From: Octopus bimaculoides
Lineage: Eukaryota
DNA: 64,000 nucleotides
Direction: 5' to 3'
Assembly: GCF_001194135.2 (NCBI RefSeq)
Contig: NC_068984.1
Location: 42,201,885-42,265,884, forward strand
Below are positions 1 to 13,960 of this stretch, in pieces. The notes below the pieces were generated by a model. It did not search any database. It worked only from the letters and a program-made list of their open reading frames with translations, and had not been told where the DNA came from. The number at the start of each line of letters is the position of its first letter. The first letter of the stretch is position 1. The position numbers and the translations under genes were made by a program.

Positions 1-79
1 ATACTCACAAATGGGGAGGATTTTCCCCTGAAATTATTTCCGTAGCGAAATGCTTTCCCACGTCCGAGTGTACACGAAC

Positions 80-700
80 ATGTTAAATATGATTCTACTC
101 TCGTTAAACTGTATGTTGTTGTCCTCAATCCGCTAGCGTATTGCACCTGACTATTGTTGCAAGTGCGTGATGTTTCTAGGAATCTGCATAACTTGTAAGA
201 TTGGCTGTCAATGTGACTGTGGGCATGTCAGAGAAGGCCACTATGAACAACAGAGGGCCTGAGGCAGTGCTCTGCAGGGCACTAATCACTATTTGCGTTT
301 CCTTGGATTGTGGCATCGTTGACTACTACTGCTTGACCTCTATCGTTTAAAAAACCATGTAGCTACTCCCTCAGTTTCCGACTTCGCTGAGATGAAGCAG
401 TTCGTGCCATAATCAATGATCGACTTTATTGAAGGCTTTCGCATAGTCGAGATATATCACATACACATTTAAATAATTACTTAAACACCCAGTAAGAATG
501 TTGTTAAAAGCAGCGTCAGGCAACTTCATGGTCGAAAGCATGTTGGGTATTAGTAAATCATTAACTTCAAGGAACGGGATTAGTTTCCTTCTGACTATTT
601 ACTAATATGAGAAGTTGGAGAGATAGCCCTAGAGACTTTAGCATCTGATATTCGTTTCTTGAAAAATTAGTGTCTCTCGTTGTTCGCATACTCAAGTTTG
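80..700 (-). mobile_element. Degenerate CR1-like LINE reverse-transcriptase fragment
   Basis: Minus-strand translation with stops and frameshifts gives RAISPTSHISK, VYVIYLDYAKAFNKVDH, GPLLFIVAFSDMP, NLTSYADS and EDNNIQFN. These are the ordered non-LTR RT motifs (PISLTS, YLDFAKAFD, GPLLF, YADD). Confidence 0.85.
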
Positions 701-1180
701 CCTTCGTATTCATGTTGTTTACATTTTGTGACGTCCTGCACCCATATATGTTTATATATANNNNNNNNNNNNNNNNNNNNNNNNNNNNNNNNNNNNNNNN
801 NNNNNNNNNNNNNNNNNNNNNNNNNNNNNNNNNNNNNNNNNNNNNNNNNNNNNNNNNNNNNNNNNNNNNNNNNNNNNNNNNNNNNNNNNNNNNNNNNNNN
901 NNNNNNNNNNNNNNNNNNNNNNNNNNNNNNNNNNNNNNNNNNNNNNNNNNNNNNNNNNNNNNNNNNNNNNNNNNNNNNNNNNNNNNNNNNNNNNNNNNNN
1001 NNNNNNNNNNNNNNNNNNNNNNNNNNNNNNNNNNNNNNNNNNNNNNNNNNNNNNNNNNNNNNNNNNNNNNNNNNNNNNNNNNNNNNNNNNNNNNNNNNNN
1101 NNNNNNNNNNNNNNNNNNNNNNNNNNNNNNNNNNNNNNNNNNNNNNNNNNNNNNNNNNNNNNNNNNNNNNNNNNNNNNNN

Positions 1181-1232
<52 letters not shown>

Positions 1233-1478
1233 TCATACGCATATATATGTATGTACACATATGCATGTATATATGCATATATATATATACTATTTATATT
1301 ATTATATGTATATATGTATATATACATATATATATACATATATATATACATAAACACTCACACACACGCACACACACATACACACACACACATACACACA
1401 CATATATATATACACATTTGGTGGATTCAGCACATCAAATTTCAGTAACATGCACGTCGTTCCTAATCAGCTGCACTG

Positions 1479-1480
1479 AA

Positions 1481-1523
<43 letters not shown>

Positions 1524-1530
1524 AATAAAT
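1479..1530. repeat. (AAAT)n microsatellite
   Basis: Direct reading of the sequence. Confidence 0.95.
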
Positions 1531-2448
1531 TTGTGTTCAATGAAATAAGATATTTAATATCACACTTCACACAGATCTGACGAGTTTTCAAGTTTCCGAA
1601 CCGGTTCCAATTCAACTCGTTTCTCATCATAGGTATAGGTAAATTATCTAAGGAAAGTCAATCTGTGCATGGAGATATATATATATATATATATANNNNN
1701 NNNNNNNNNNNNNNNNNNNNNNNNNNNNNNNNNNNNNNNNNNNNNNNNNNNNNNNNNNNNNNNNNNNNNNNNNNNNNNNNNNNNNNNNNNNNNNNNNNNN
1801 NNNNNNNNNNNNNNNNNNNNNNNNNNNNNNNNNNNNNNNNNNNNNNNNNNNNNNNNNNNNNNNNNNNNNNNNNNNNNNNNNNNNNNNNNNNNNNNNNNNN
1901 NNNNNNNNNNNNNNNNNNNNNNNNNNNNNNNNNNNNNNNNNNNNNNNNNNNNNNNNNNNNNNNNNNNNNNNNNNNNNNNNNNNNNNNNNNNNNNNNNNNN
2001 NNNNNNNNNNNNNNNNNNNNNNNNNNNNNNNNNNNNNNNNNNNNNNNNNNNNNNNNNNNNNNNNNNNNNNNNNNNNNNNNNNNNNNNNNNNNNNNNNNNN
2101 NNNNNNNNNNNNNNNNNNNNNNNNNNNNNNNNNNNNNNNNNNNNNNNNNNNNNNNNNNNNNNNNNNNNNNNNNNNNNNNNNNNNNNNNNNNNNNNNNNNN
2201 NNNNNNNNNNNNNNNNNNNNNNNNNNNNNNNNNNNNNNNNNNNNNNNNNNNNNNNNNNNNNNNNNNNNNNNNNNNNNNNNNNNNNNNNNNNNNNNNNNNN
2301 NNNNNNNNNNNNNNNNNNNNNNNNNNNNNNNNNNNNNNNNNNNNNNNNNNNNNNNNNNNNNNNNNNNNNNNNNNNNNNNNNNNNNNNNNNNNNNNNNNNN
2401 NNNNNNNNNNNNNNNNNNNNNNNNNNNNNATATACACACACACTCACA

Positions 2449-2483
<35 letters not shown>

Positions 2484-2664
2484 ATACACGCACATACTTA
2501 CATACATATGTATATAATATGTATATATACATATTTGCATAGAACTAGGTAAGAAATGTACGATAATCAAGCAATAGTTCAAGCAAAATGCAATTGAGAG
2601 GAAATATTGAAGACTAATGATTAGTTTGAACTTCGCCGCTCCACGACCCTGTTTTTAATAATAA

Positions 2665-2880
2665 TGGCTCCTGATTTAGGCACAAGGCCAGTAATTGTGA
2701 GGGGATGGGGTTTATCGATACTATTGCCCTCAATAGTTAACTGATCCTTTATTTTATCGACCCTGGAGGCATGAAAGGCAAAATTGGCTTCGGTGAGTTT
2801 TAAACTCTGAATGTAAAGACCCAGACTAAATACCGCAAGGTATTTATTTTCGACACTCTAAGATTTTGCCACTTCACCAA
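2665..2880 (-). mobile_element. tRNA-derived SINE (octopus OK-like family), diverged copy
   Basis: Contains the family pattern ggcacaaggccag...ttttatcgacc...atgaaaggcaaa...cggtgagttt.aactc.gaa.gtaaagac, matching the copy at 60428-60630. The family name is from memory. Confidence 0.7.
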
Positions 2881-3199
2881 ATTTAGTGGTTTCTATTTTA
2901 GGCAAAAGACTACCAGCTTTGAGGAGAGTGAATTAGTCGATAGCATTGAACCTATGTAACCTTAAAATTCATTTAAAAATTACTGACCAGGTGATCTGCC
3001 CCTCGCGAAGTCACTCACTTCTGGCTGAGTCTCAGCTGTCGTTATTTGCATTAAATTCCGACTTCAGTTCACCGCTACTCCTAAAACAGCTGGGAAAAAT
3101 GTTGCTCGATTGTCTGAGATGGTCAGATATCAACATCACTTAGACCATAAAGGAACTTGAAGACTTCCTGGGCTTCATGGGACTGCAAATTTCTGTTTG

Positions 3200-3420
3200 A
3201 AAAAATCTATCCGGTATCTACCAAAACTTAATGTGTACAATAATGCCGTAAAAATTTCCAAATGCTTGTCCGGCCGGCCTAGTTTTACACAAGAAATAAG
3301 TTACTTATTCCATACAATAAAAGGCACACCATCTTACAATACTATAAACCCAATTAACCGCCTATCGACGCTGTATAAGATCTTTAGCTCTCTTATCACT
3401 GGGAGGAGCTATGCCTTTTA
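3200..3420 (+). mobile_element. R4/Dong-like non-LTR RT N-terminal fragment
   Basis: ORF 3197-3421 ends INPINRLSTLYKIFSSLITGRSY, resembling the NYRPITCLSTLYKILTSII motif. Confidence 0.45.
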
Positions 3421-4870
3421 ATAACCAATTAGTAGCTTCCAGTAGAGCATAACGGGTGTAGAAATGGAAGCCCTGGGTAAAAGATCAGTTGTTCACATTC
3501 GAGAAAAATGAAAAAAAAAAACAAATCAAGAAAAATAATCTACAAAAAATTTGACTTGATGACCAATGTCTTTTGCCTTTCACAGTGTACCAAATACCAG
3601 GATAAGGAAGAATCCTTAAATCTATAAAATCTACCCTATCACAACAAATTTCATAAAAAACAGCATGAAAAATTGGAAAACACTCACAACGAAGAGTTAC
3701 TAACATCAAAATCCGCCAACATTAAGAATGAATGTGAAACAAAACAACAAATTGAACGATCTCTTTTATATGGTCCATGTGAAAACCTTCGCCAAGAATG
3801 ACAACCAACAAACTGGCCTACTGAAAAATCGTAGAGAGCTTTAGTAATGACATTAAAAGGGAGATCGAGATATAAAAGTGCTAAGGCTACATTCAAGATA
3901 AGTGAGCTTACCGTAACGCCAAACACACTTTGACAATGTCATCCAAATCAAGTAACTTGACCAAAAGGCCATATTTAGGTACCTATGTATGAATAAAGAA
4001 GGCATACACAAAAGTGACCGATAGCCATGTTATGTCTGATGTCTCTTGTGATTCTTGTGTTTCTTCGACCTCTGTACTGGAGTAAAAATGTAGTATGTCA
4101 ATCAATTTCGGCCCATGCTTTGGTTGCATCTTCAGCTTTAAAGTGACAACATACAGTGCCATAAGTTTTCAATCGAGAGATCCTCTCCCGATACGACCAG
4201 GAGAGTCTGTTGTAAAAGTTGACGCGAGAGAAGGTTTAGTTCGCTTCCATGTTTTCGTAAGCAGTGACATTATTTTTCTCTTTGCTCTCTTCTGGATTCA
4301 CTCCTGTGAATAAGAAACGTTGTTCAGTTTTACGAAATTCTCCCATCTAGATTTTTCTTGCAACTGTGATAAATCTAAAAATTCCATTGATTTATTGAAA
4401 TACAGGATGGTTTTCTTTCACACAGCTGCTATATGAACGAACCGCAGTATTTGACCTCATGTAAGAATCGCTACTTCTTTTGTTGTCATTGTTGTTTCAG
4501 TCTTTAGGGTAATATATTTGTGTTTTGGGGACATTTTCTTCAACTAACTGGTCACTAAGCTCTTTATTTTTTTCTTCCTCTTGTACATTCAGGGAATTTT
4601 GATTTAATTTTTTTCACAACTGAAGTGTTTAGTCAATTAACATAATTATGTGTAGTAGACACACTGGATGTGAAAATGTAATCTGTGTAAATAAAACTTT
4701 AAAAGTTTGAAAAAACAAAATCCGTTTTTCTCTTACCTACCCCAGGGTATCGAGGGTCGCTTTTCTTTAGGCAATTATAATCCTTTTTACAAGTTCTCAC
4801 ATGAAAACTCCATTTGGTAATACTTCAATAGATCATATTTCGAAGAGAGAATCAAAAGTGCGCCTCTACG

Positions 4871-4906
4871 CCACCACCACCACCACCACCATCCACCACC
4901 ACCACC

Positions 4907-4980
<74 letters not shown>
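4871..4980. repeat. Compound (CCA)n-(CTA)n trinucleotide microsatellite
   Basis: Direct reading of the sequence. Confidence 0.95.
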
Positions 4981-4982
<2 letters not shown>

Positions 4983-5309
4983 TCCGATTATAACAACAAT
5001 AATGATGTATCATTAAAAATAATTAAGTATTAATAATTATTAAAAATAATAATCATTAATAATCGTCATTTTCTCTAACAAGATCTGAATTTAGAAGAGG
5101 GGGAACAGCCGATTTAATCTACCTCATGGTGAGTCCATCCGATCACATATCGCTGAACTTAACATTTCACTTTATATTAATAGGAGACATCAGCGTCATG
5201 ACGGCAATTTAGAAGCCACATATTGCTGGTCTCTGTGTCTAACTATATGTAATTGAATCCTGATAGATCCTTGTGTAATGTAACTTTCTCGACAATGAGC
5301 TGTGTACAA

Positions 5310-5515
5310 TATTTACCACTATGACTTTGTAGTTAAGAAGCTCGCTTTGCAATAACGTAATTTCGGGTTAGTCTCATTGCGCGGCACTTTGGGCAGATGT
5401 CTTTTACTATAGCCCTGGATCGACTAATACCCTGAATGAATTTGGTAAACGTAAACTGTGAAACTGTAGAAGCACGTCATATACATGTATTTGTGTGTGT
5501 GAGTGTGAGTGCGCG
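5310..5515 (+). mobile_element. Diverged 5' part of CORE-like tRNA-derived SINE (OR-like family)
   Basis: gcggcactttgggcagatgtcttttactatagccc...gaatttggtaaac..aaactg..agaagc matches the head of the 36230 copy. Confidence 0.55.
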
Positions 5516-5534
5516 TTTGTAAAAATTACACTCC

Positions 5535-5670
5535 ATCCAGTCTCTTGCTTATTTTATCATTTAGTGTGGATAAAAGATAAGGTCGACCGCAACCATATTC
5601 GATTTTAGAGCCCTGAGGGTGAAATGTAATACTGTTGGGCTTAGTCTGACATCCTGCCATTTCTGCCGTC
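5535..5670 (-). mobile_element. OK-like SINE fragment
   Basis: ttattttatca...ggataaaagataaggtcgacc...gattttagagc...aatactgtt resembles the 60428 copy. Confidence 0.45.
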
Positions 5671-7344
5671 TATTCGTGTCGTTGAGAAATGCTTTATACT
5701 CCTAGTTAATGTAAAGTAAAATACGGGTTTGTGATCTAATACATTTTGTAGGGATCCGTCAAGCCATAAAGAAACTACGAGGTGAATTAGAATTAAAGAA
5801 TAGTTTTTCAATTAATGAAGATATTAAATATTTAAAGATTAGTGAATATAGCCTTATTTTTAGCTATGATCTGGTTTGCAAAGATTTGATCTGTTGGAAA
5901 ACAACAAAGTGCAACTTTATACTGGTACTTTTACATTGACGGAACTGCATTGTATTTTGTGTATCAGCAAGGATACTCTAAAATGGTTGACTGAAATGCC
6001 GCCAGAACATACTTCCAGGATGCATCACTTTTACAACGTTGATATTTAACAATGTCGCTTCACTCTTATAGTAAAATATTTTCCGGGAATTGAAGCATAT
6101 CACACACTACTTTCAAAAGTATTCACAATATGGCTAGTTTCATTTTCTACATTTCCCAAGATAAGTTTTTTTGTGTAACTGTCTCATATGCTTCCCATTC
6201 GCAATGGATTCTTAATCCTAGAGCTTTAGAGTTGCACGTCAATATGATAGATTTCTTCGGTCACATTATCTTGCTTGCCTAATTGTTTTGGTGGGAAATC
6301 CATTAGTTTTGTATCTTAGCTGCCTCGTGTGTTCTGCATGGCATCTATCATCTCTCACATCCAGAGTGGTCTGTGCTATGTCAGCAGATTTTCGAATACT
6401 ATTTTCTTCCAGTCAGCACTACTGGTTGGGCCGCACGACCAGTTGAATTCTCGGGATTCCTAAACCACATATGACAGCTGGTGGTTTGCAGTAATACTAT
6501 ACAGCGAAACTTTTGTAAAGCTTGGTGTGAAACCAAGGCACTGTCGTAGAAACTAACCTGCTAAAATACCTTTCCAATCTCACCACTCAATGGTATTTGT
6601 GCATAACCCTGATTCTTTGTTTCCGTGGTCTTCTTGTCTCAACTGAAAAATTTTAGTTATTTCTCGTATCCCTTATTTTAGGTCGAGAGAGACTTAAAAC
6701 TATGTTGTAGAAAATATTTCACAGGTTTTTCATTACTGGCTGTGGCCCTGTCTCATGGCTCTGAAAATCTTTGTCTAAATCTGTTTTCTTCTCGTTTCCG
6801 ATAAACAAAAACGCATTGATGTGTGTTTATTATTGACGTAATCACCCTCCTGAGATAATCAAAATCTTTTCAACACGCGAGTTCACATCAAGAATCTTGT
6901 AACTGAAATTCAAACACGAAATATTTTATCACAACCTCCTTGATTTATGAAGTTGTTGTACTAATACTTGAATATTATTGGTCATTAAGTGTTATGGACT
7001 TCTCTTTGATCTAGTTGTAAGCTCTGCTTCTTAACAATTTCGTATTTAACATATGGGAACCCGAAACGATTTGGTAAAATATATTTTTTCTCTTTTGCAG
7101 ATTTATTTGATTGGACACTTTAATATTTTTAAAAGCGTGGGTTAATGAGGTTAATAATGAAATAGGAACTGATTTGCTATTAATTCCTTTCATTAATGCA
7201 ATTATAACTGGAGTTGAAAAATAAGCGTAGATAAATTTTGAAATTAATGTTAGCATACTAGCATATGGTGATGTTCGAAATTTTGCTAACGTTCATAATT
7301 TTAAATTAACATGTTTAATTGTAAATTAATGTTAAAAGTTCACT

Positions 7345-7532
7345 CAGCTGCCAAGCTGTATCGGGCCTTTGTCTTTCCTTTGGATAACAGTGGGGGTTTG
7401 GAGAGGGGAGGCTGGTAAGGATGAGTGACTGCTGGTCTTCCATAAACGACCTTGCCCAAACTTGTGCCTCGGAGGGTAACTTTCTAGGTGCAATCCCATG
7501 GTCATTCACGATCAAAGAGAGTCTTTACCCTT
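7345..7532 (+). mobile_element. 3' part of an interspersed SINE-like repeat
   Basis: GC-richer island (ggagaggggaggctggt...cttgtgcctcggagggtaactttctaggtgcaatcccatggtcattc...tctttaccctt) recognised from memory as a common octopus repeat. Only one copy is in this window. Confidence 0.45.
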
Positions 7533-7759
7533 TAATGTTAAAAGATAACATCAACTGTAATCAGAGGCAGGAAAAAAATGCATGATTCCTCTGTTACCGT
7601 AATCTCTATAACTTTGTAATTGAGAAGTTTGGAAGGCGTTAACTAAAAATTGTGAACCTATCTGTAATGAAATATTAATTATAGATTACCATTCTCAGAG
7701 AGAAAAAATAGTCTTAATGATAAAATACTTTTATCTTACTCATTTTACTATTCAAAAAG

Positions 7760-8030
7760 TCAGATTCTTCTACCGCAATATATTTGCCTATTCTAAAGTA
7801 AATTTTGTAGCAATGGCAACTAGATTTATTTTTCTGTCTGTTATTTGTCATACGAAAGAGAATTTAATCACTCTTGTGTTATTCTTGACCGAAGACGTGT
7901 CTTTAATCGTTTTGGTAGAGAAAATGTTTGTTCAGCAGTAGCAGATGTTGCAAGAATAACCACTAAAAGTTGGCAAATTGTACAAATATCTGATATTATG
8001 TACTTACCATCGGCTGTTTTTTTTTCATTT
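7760..8030 (-). mobile_element. hAT transposase C-terminal dimerisation-domain remnant
   Basis: Minus strand reads ICTICQLLVVILATSATAEQTFSLPKRLKTRLRSRITQE*LNSL...INLVAIATKF, matching the hATC consensus (PATSATAERSFSALKRLKTYLRSTMTQERLNSL). Confidence 0.75.
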
Positions 8031-11000
8031 CAGAGGGTCTGTAACAGTGCTTTTCAAACATTTTTTTTTAGCTATCACCCACTTTCTTTTACTGACAATT
8101 TTAACGTACCCTGACTGCGATTCAGCAAAATTGAATACCCTACATTTACATTTCCATATATATGTACGCATAAATCAGGACGTTAAGAAAAACTACATTT
8201 GCATTGGTCGTATTTAATGCACACTTAGAAATACCCACAATTTCTGACGTCTTTCAAATTATACTTTAGTCTATTATCTACAATTTACATCACAAAGGTG
8301 GTATATATTAGGTTTTGTTTATTTACTTATTCACATTTCAAACTTTATAATTATTGTTGGTGTTCGTGTAATTCTGGCTAACAGATAAGTTTCACAATAT
8401 TACATTTAAATTAATCTTAAAAGTTAAGGTACATAAGCATTTATCCATTCCCTACATATGTATTCCCCATTGCTCCTTTTGTCTCCAGAAGATTTACTAA
8501 ATTTTCCCTCGTCTTTAGAGGACGGTACCCCCCCCCCCCCCNNNNNNNNNNNNNNNNNNNNCCCGAGAAGTATTGGTCAACAATGTAAGCCAAACAACTG
8601 AGGTCTCACAAAACTGATTTCTGATGTTTTTGGTGATCTGTTGTAAAAGAAATGTCTCCACCCACTAATAAATCTTGTGATTGCAGTATATCTTCTACAG
8701 TTCCAATTTTACTTTTATTAGGGACCTTTCGTTTTTGAAGTAATACAAATTCTGGAACGAATATCAGGGTGTCAAATGAATTTAATTCATTCCTTAAAAT
8801 GAATTTAATTCTTTTAGTACAGTAGTTTCATCCACATGTCGATATTTTAGCTCCTTGCATTGACTTTAACAAATTGTTTGTATTCAAGTACAAGAGCTGG
8901 CTAAGGTTTAGTCCAATGAAGAAATAAATGTTTCCATATAAGTCAGGTATTGTATAGTTTCAAAAATTGACTTCCAGTTATGTTCTTACCAATACTTGCT
9001 TAGGACTGAACTTTTGCAGTTTTTGATTGCATCTTCAAAGTGGAACACCGATAAAAATGTGTGATTTAAAATCAATTATATTTAGTTATAATTACAAAAC
9101 TAGTATGCAATTAAAACGAACGTCAATACGGTTATATTTTCTAAAAGAAAATTAATCAAAAGAGGCTATTGACTTCAAACTTTTATAAAATATGCCTCTT
9201 CAAAATCGACGATAAATACTAAAAGTTCTTAAAACCCTCGATCTCTTTCCTTTTGATTCAATTACATACCGATAGTGAAATCACAATCGCAGTATCGTAT
9301 GTTACCTGAGTGTGAACTTATATGGTTTCACACGTAATGTATTGTTCTGATTGTCAGAATGAGTTATTCTAAATCATGAAAACATTTTCACCTATAAAAG
9401 ATTCAAATCCGAAAGGGTTAATTAATAAAGTAAAAATAAATATCGAGTCCCATTAAAATACTATTAACAATTCATAAAGCAAACAACTTGGTTGTTTGAG
9501 ATTATCCATGAAGTCTACGTAGTATTTGTAATGTTTACAAACTGAATGTAAAACAAATAACAACATTCATTGTTAATTTGCTTTTAACCGTCGTAGACAA
9601 ACGAGCTAATGTTTAGCCCCTGCTGCTTATGCATTGGTTCCCAGGCAACGTTCATGATTTTAAAACTGTTAACACTGCCAGAGTGAATAGTATTGTCCAG
9701 GTGTCAAAACCATACTGATATCCGTTTGGCAGCTGATGATGAAAATGCATATTTGATATGCTAGTTTGTGAATTTTTATATGTTGGTGTCTCGTTATTCC
9801 GTGTCATCGCTTATGGCTGAATTAATTTTTGGGTTCATCGTTTATGGCGATTATATACATTGATATTGCTTGATTGGTTTAATGGATAATCTCCTTTGCT
9901 TGGGATAATACGTAGTAATTGATTTCTAGCTTTGAAACGTTTTGTGGCATATATATATATATATANNNNNNNNNNNNNNNNNNNNNNNNNNNNNNNNNNN
10001 NNNNNNNNNNNNNNNNNNNNNNNNNNNNNNNNNNNNNNNNNNNNNNNNNNNNNNNNNNNNNNNNNNNNNNNNNNNNNNNNNNNNNNNNNNNNNNNNNNNN
10101 NNNNNNNNNNNNNNNNNNNNNNNNNNNNNNNNNNNNNNNNNNNNNNNNNNNNNNNNNNNNNNNNNNNNNNNNNNNNNNNNNNNNNNNNNNNNNNNNNNNN
10201 NNNNNNNNNNNNNNNNNNNNNNNNNNNNNNNNNNNNNNNNNNNNNNNNNNNNNNNNNNNNNNNNNNNNNNNNNNNNNNNNNNNNNNNNNNNNNNNNNNNN
10301 NNNNNNNNNNNNNNNNNNNNNNNNNNNNNNNNNNNNNNNNNNNNNNNNNNNNNNNNNNNNNNNNNNNNNNNNNNNNNNNNNNNNNNNNNNNNNNNNNNNN
10401 NNNNNNNNNNNNNNNNNNNNNNNNNNNNNNNNNNNNNNNNNNNNNNNNNNNNNNNNNNNNNNNNNNNNNNNNNNNNNNNNNNNNNNNNNNNNNNNNNNNN
10501 NNNNNNNNNNNNNNNNNNNNNNNNNNNNNNNNNNNNNNNNNNNNNNNNNNNNNNNNNNNNNNNNNNNNNNNNNNNNNNNNNNNNNNNNNNNNNNNNNNNN
10601 NNNNNNNNNNNNNNNNNNNNNNNNNNNNNNNNNNNNNNNNNNNNNNNNNNNNNNNNNNNNNNNNNNNNNNNNNNNNNNNNNNNNNNNNNNNNNNNNNNNN
10701 NNNNNNNNNNNNNNNNNNNNNNNNNNNNNNNNNNNNNNNNNNNNNNNNNNNNNNNNNNNNNNNNNNNNNNNNNNNNNNNNNNNNNNNNNNNNNNNNNNNN
10801 NNNNNNNNNNNNNNNNNNNNNNNNNNNNNNNNNNNNTATATATAGACGGTTTAGATATAGATTCAAGGTTGAATATGGTACTTATGTGTAGGCACCCAAA
10901 TATCGTATCCCAAAAGGATAGGTGATCAAAATCAAAAAATAAGCAACACGGATTTCAAAGGTGATTGCAGTACGCACGTTTCATGCTACTCCAATTTATT

Positions 11001-12404
11001 TAAGTAATGCGAGAATTACATTAAATGCAATATGAAGAGCAATCTTCAGCTGCACGAACATGCAGAAAATTACTGTAGAAAAGACATTATAAATGTGGCA
11101 ACATTTCAAATCCAAGTGGGAGAGAGAATACATAAAAATCAAAATGTGAGGAAGAATACATAAGTCCATCTTGACATAGCCGAGTCTATCAGGCTAGTAA
11201 TTGATTCTAGATAAAAGTTTTAGCTGTCTCAGATTTTATTGTTTCTGATCTAGTGGTGATAGCATAAGGGACAATTACTTCTAAAGAGAGGGAAGGTGTA
11301 AGCAGTATGCATGGACAAGACTATAAAATGTATTAGAATCTAAAGGCTTCACTGGTCATAGTAGTATCAGGTCATTTTACTACTATCAAAGTGTTGAGGA
11401 ATTAACGTTGGGGAATTACAACCCTAGGTATATGGGTCAAATAGGGTTTTTTTCTCTTTTGGTCTGAATAGAGTAACAGTATAGTGGTACAGATAACAAC
11501 AATACTCTAACCAATATTTTCACAATAAGAGGTATGTTAATAAAATAAATAAAATGAGATGTAATTATTTTCCACAAAAATCATGAAATAATGTCAGTAT
11601 TGAATTCAGGGGCTCTGGATAGGGTGTAAAATTTAAGGATATTAAGTATATTGGGTTCATGAAAACTATTTTGAATTATCTTAAAACAATTTTAGCTGAA
11701 GATAAGATAATGATACTATTTAAGAGACACATAGATAAGCTTTATTTATATAATGTGAATAAAGAATAAAAATTATTATCGGATTATATTAGTTTATAAT
11801 AATGTGTTTACTAAGGTTTAAGGGACTGAAAAAAGAAAGGATGTTAGGAAATAACAAGGATAATCAATACAGGAATCTGATGATTGATTTAAGTAAATTA
11901 GATGTTAAGGTGAGAGATCAGGAATATATGTTATAAAGGTTCAATTACCAATATAAATATGTGCTAATTGATAGTCCTGGATGACCATAATAGAAGTAAA
12001 GTACTATAATTTGATAACTTTAATTACTTAATAAAGGCCTATTTTAAAAAAAAATTAAAAGTGCGAGTAGAGCAGTGTACACATGATACCCTAAGGTCTA
12101 ATCTATTATTGATTAGATTAGGATTGTTATCAAATTACAATAAATGATTATCTATGTCACATTTAAAGAAATTTAAAGAAACTTGTCTAAGTAAACGTGA
12201 ATGTAGAAATTCTTATATTTGTTATAATGTATATGAGCATATCAATAGCGAAGACTTGCAAGTTAATAATAAAGAATTAAGATTGCTCATATTGAAATGA
12301 AGTAAGCATTGGTTACTAGAGATTTGATTAAGTAAATGATTAAACACAGGCACATACAGAGACACACACACAGACACACACAGATGTGCGCGCGCACACA
12401 CGTG

Positions 12405-12407
<3 letters not shown>

Positions 12408-12476
<69 letters not shown>
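12408..12476. repeat. (CA)n microsatellite
   Basis: Direct reading of the sequence. Confidence 0.95.
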
Positions 12477-12478
<2 letters not shown>

Positions 12479-13926
12479 TAGTACTAGATAATTAATTAAG
12501 AAACTTAGGCGTATTCGAGATGTACATTATGATATTTCAAATGAATAAAAAATAATTTCGGTTAACAGCTCGGAGTTAAATTTAAATGTTAAATATGATA
12601 AAGTAAATATTTAGTTATTTATGAAATATAAAATTAAAGAATTTGCGAAAGAGTACACTGTCAGTCGTACAGTTATGCTGAGAGAGTCTGGATACGAGTT
12701 GAGCGGTCAATTGACGCTTCTCATCAGATGATTGCTGTTACTTTTGCGGCCTTCAGCTTGACATCAGCCCTTTTTGTTGTAGCATGTATAGGAGATAGAC
12801 GACCTGAACAGGTTTCTCAATAAGCAGAAATGTTGGTTTTATTGGGATTATCACATTATCTATTTAATGATTCGAATTCATGTTATAAGCTATCAAAAAT
12901 GTTTGAGTTGTGTTTTTCATAACTCAAAAAAAAAAAAAAAATAGTAGATTGTGGTTCATTCAATTGTCATATCTGATTTTGAATGTGTGTATTTAGGACA
13001 TTAAGTATTCGTAGTTGGTAAGTATATGCTATTTGTTTAAAATAATAGGAGGTTAAGTTATGATAATTATGTTCCAGGTGCAAACTATTAGATCTATGCG
13101 TTCCTTGGAAACATTAAATTATATGTTTCTAGGACTGTTTGACACCAACGAAAGTAGTGGTCCTGTCAACAGATGTTGAAATCTCATTGATGTCCGTTAA
13201 GTAGTTAAAGAGAGAGCTCATGGGTTAGTTAATTTTATTCGTTAGTTGATTATATTTCTAAGGTCATATGATTGATTGAATGCTAGTGATTGAGAACTAT
13301 AATCAAATGATAGCATTAAGTTAGACATGACCTTAGCCAACCTTTGGCCGAAATATGTCTAAGTTATCTAAGTTATATACTTGTAGGTGTGGCTGTTTAT
13401 ATGTTTATAAAAGTTAATGTTGGATGTTGATATTTGTTCATGATGTTTATCTGTAGATTATATTAGTATTTAGCAGGTTCTTAAATTACACATCTGATTC
13501 TTGAATTGTTGTGAGTTTACGGCTTATGTCATACTGTTTTGAATTGAACTGGTTTAAGTTATTTAATCTGAAGACAGATTTTAGGTGAGAGGTGTAAAAT
13601 ACCTTGTTAACTAATCAATATAGGGTAAATACACTGCATAAATATATCGTGTATATATGTATATATACAGACATACATATATATATATGTGTGTGCGTGA
13701 GTGTGTGTATGTTTGTGTATGTGTGTCTGGGCATAAATACATATGTGCTAATAACAAAGTTATCAGCCTGCGAAAAATACTAGCCGTATCTCCCTAAAAT
13801 TAACATGTTACAGTTGTATAAAAGGAAGAACACATTTAATTATTTAGTCGTTGATATGGAAAATTACTGTATCTTTGATATGTTCTCTCGATGGGGCGAA
13901 ACAAGGTTTATGTATGCATGCATATG

Positions 13927-13960
<34 letters not shown>

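Noticed and set aside
3485-4313. Minus-strand ORFs with an EICCDRVDFIDLRI stretch suggesting Penelope RT
   Set aside because: There is only one weak motif, and I could not place other RT motifs in order.
4801-5016. ORF with poly-Thr/His/Tyr
   Set aside because: It is a translation of a (CCA)/(CTA) microsatellite, with no other coding signal.
6180-6540. Minus-strand KTNGFPTKTIRQA, resembling the Penelope NGYP motif
   Set aside because: It is a single short motif with no supporting neighbours.
11160-12200. Possible very old Penelope-like remnant (minus strand AYTFPLFRSNCPLC)
   Set aside because: The similarity is too weak to support by eye and needs an HMM search.
12680-12730. Hammerhead-like CTGATGAG plus hairpin on the minus strand
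   Set aside because: The conserved GAAA after stem II is missing and there is no retroelement context.
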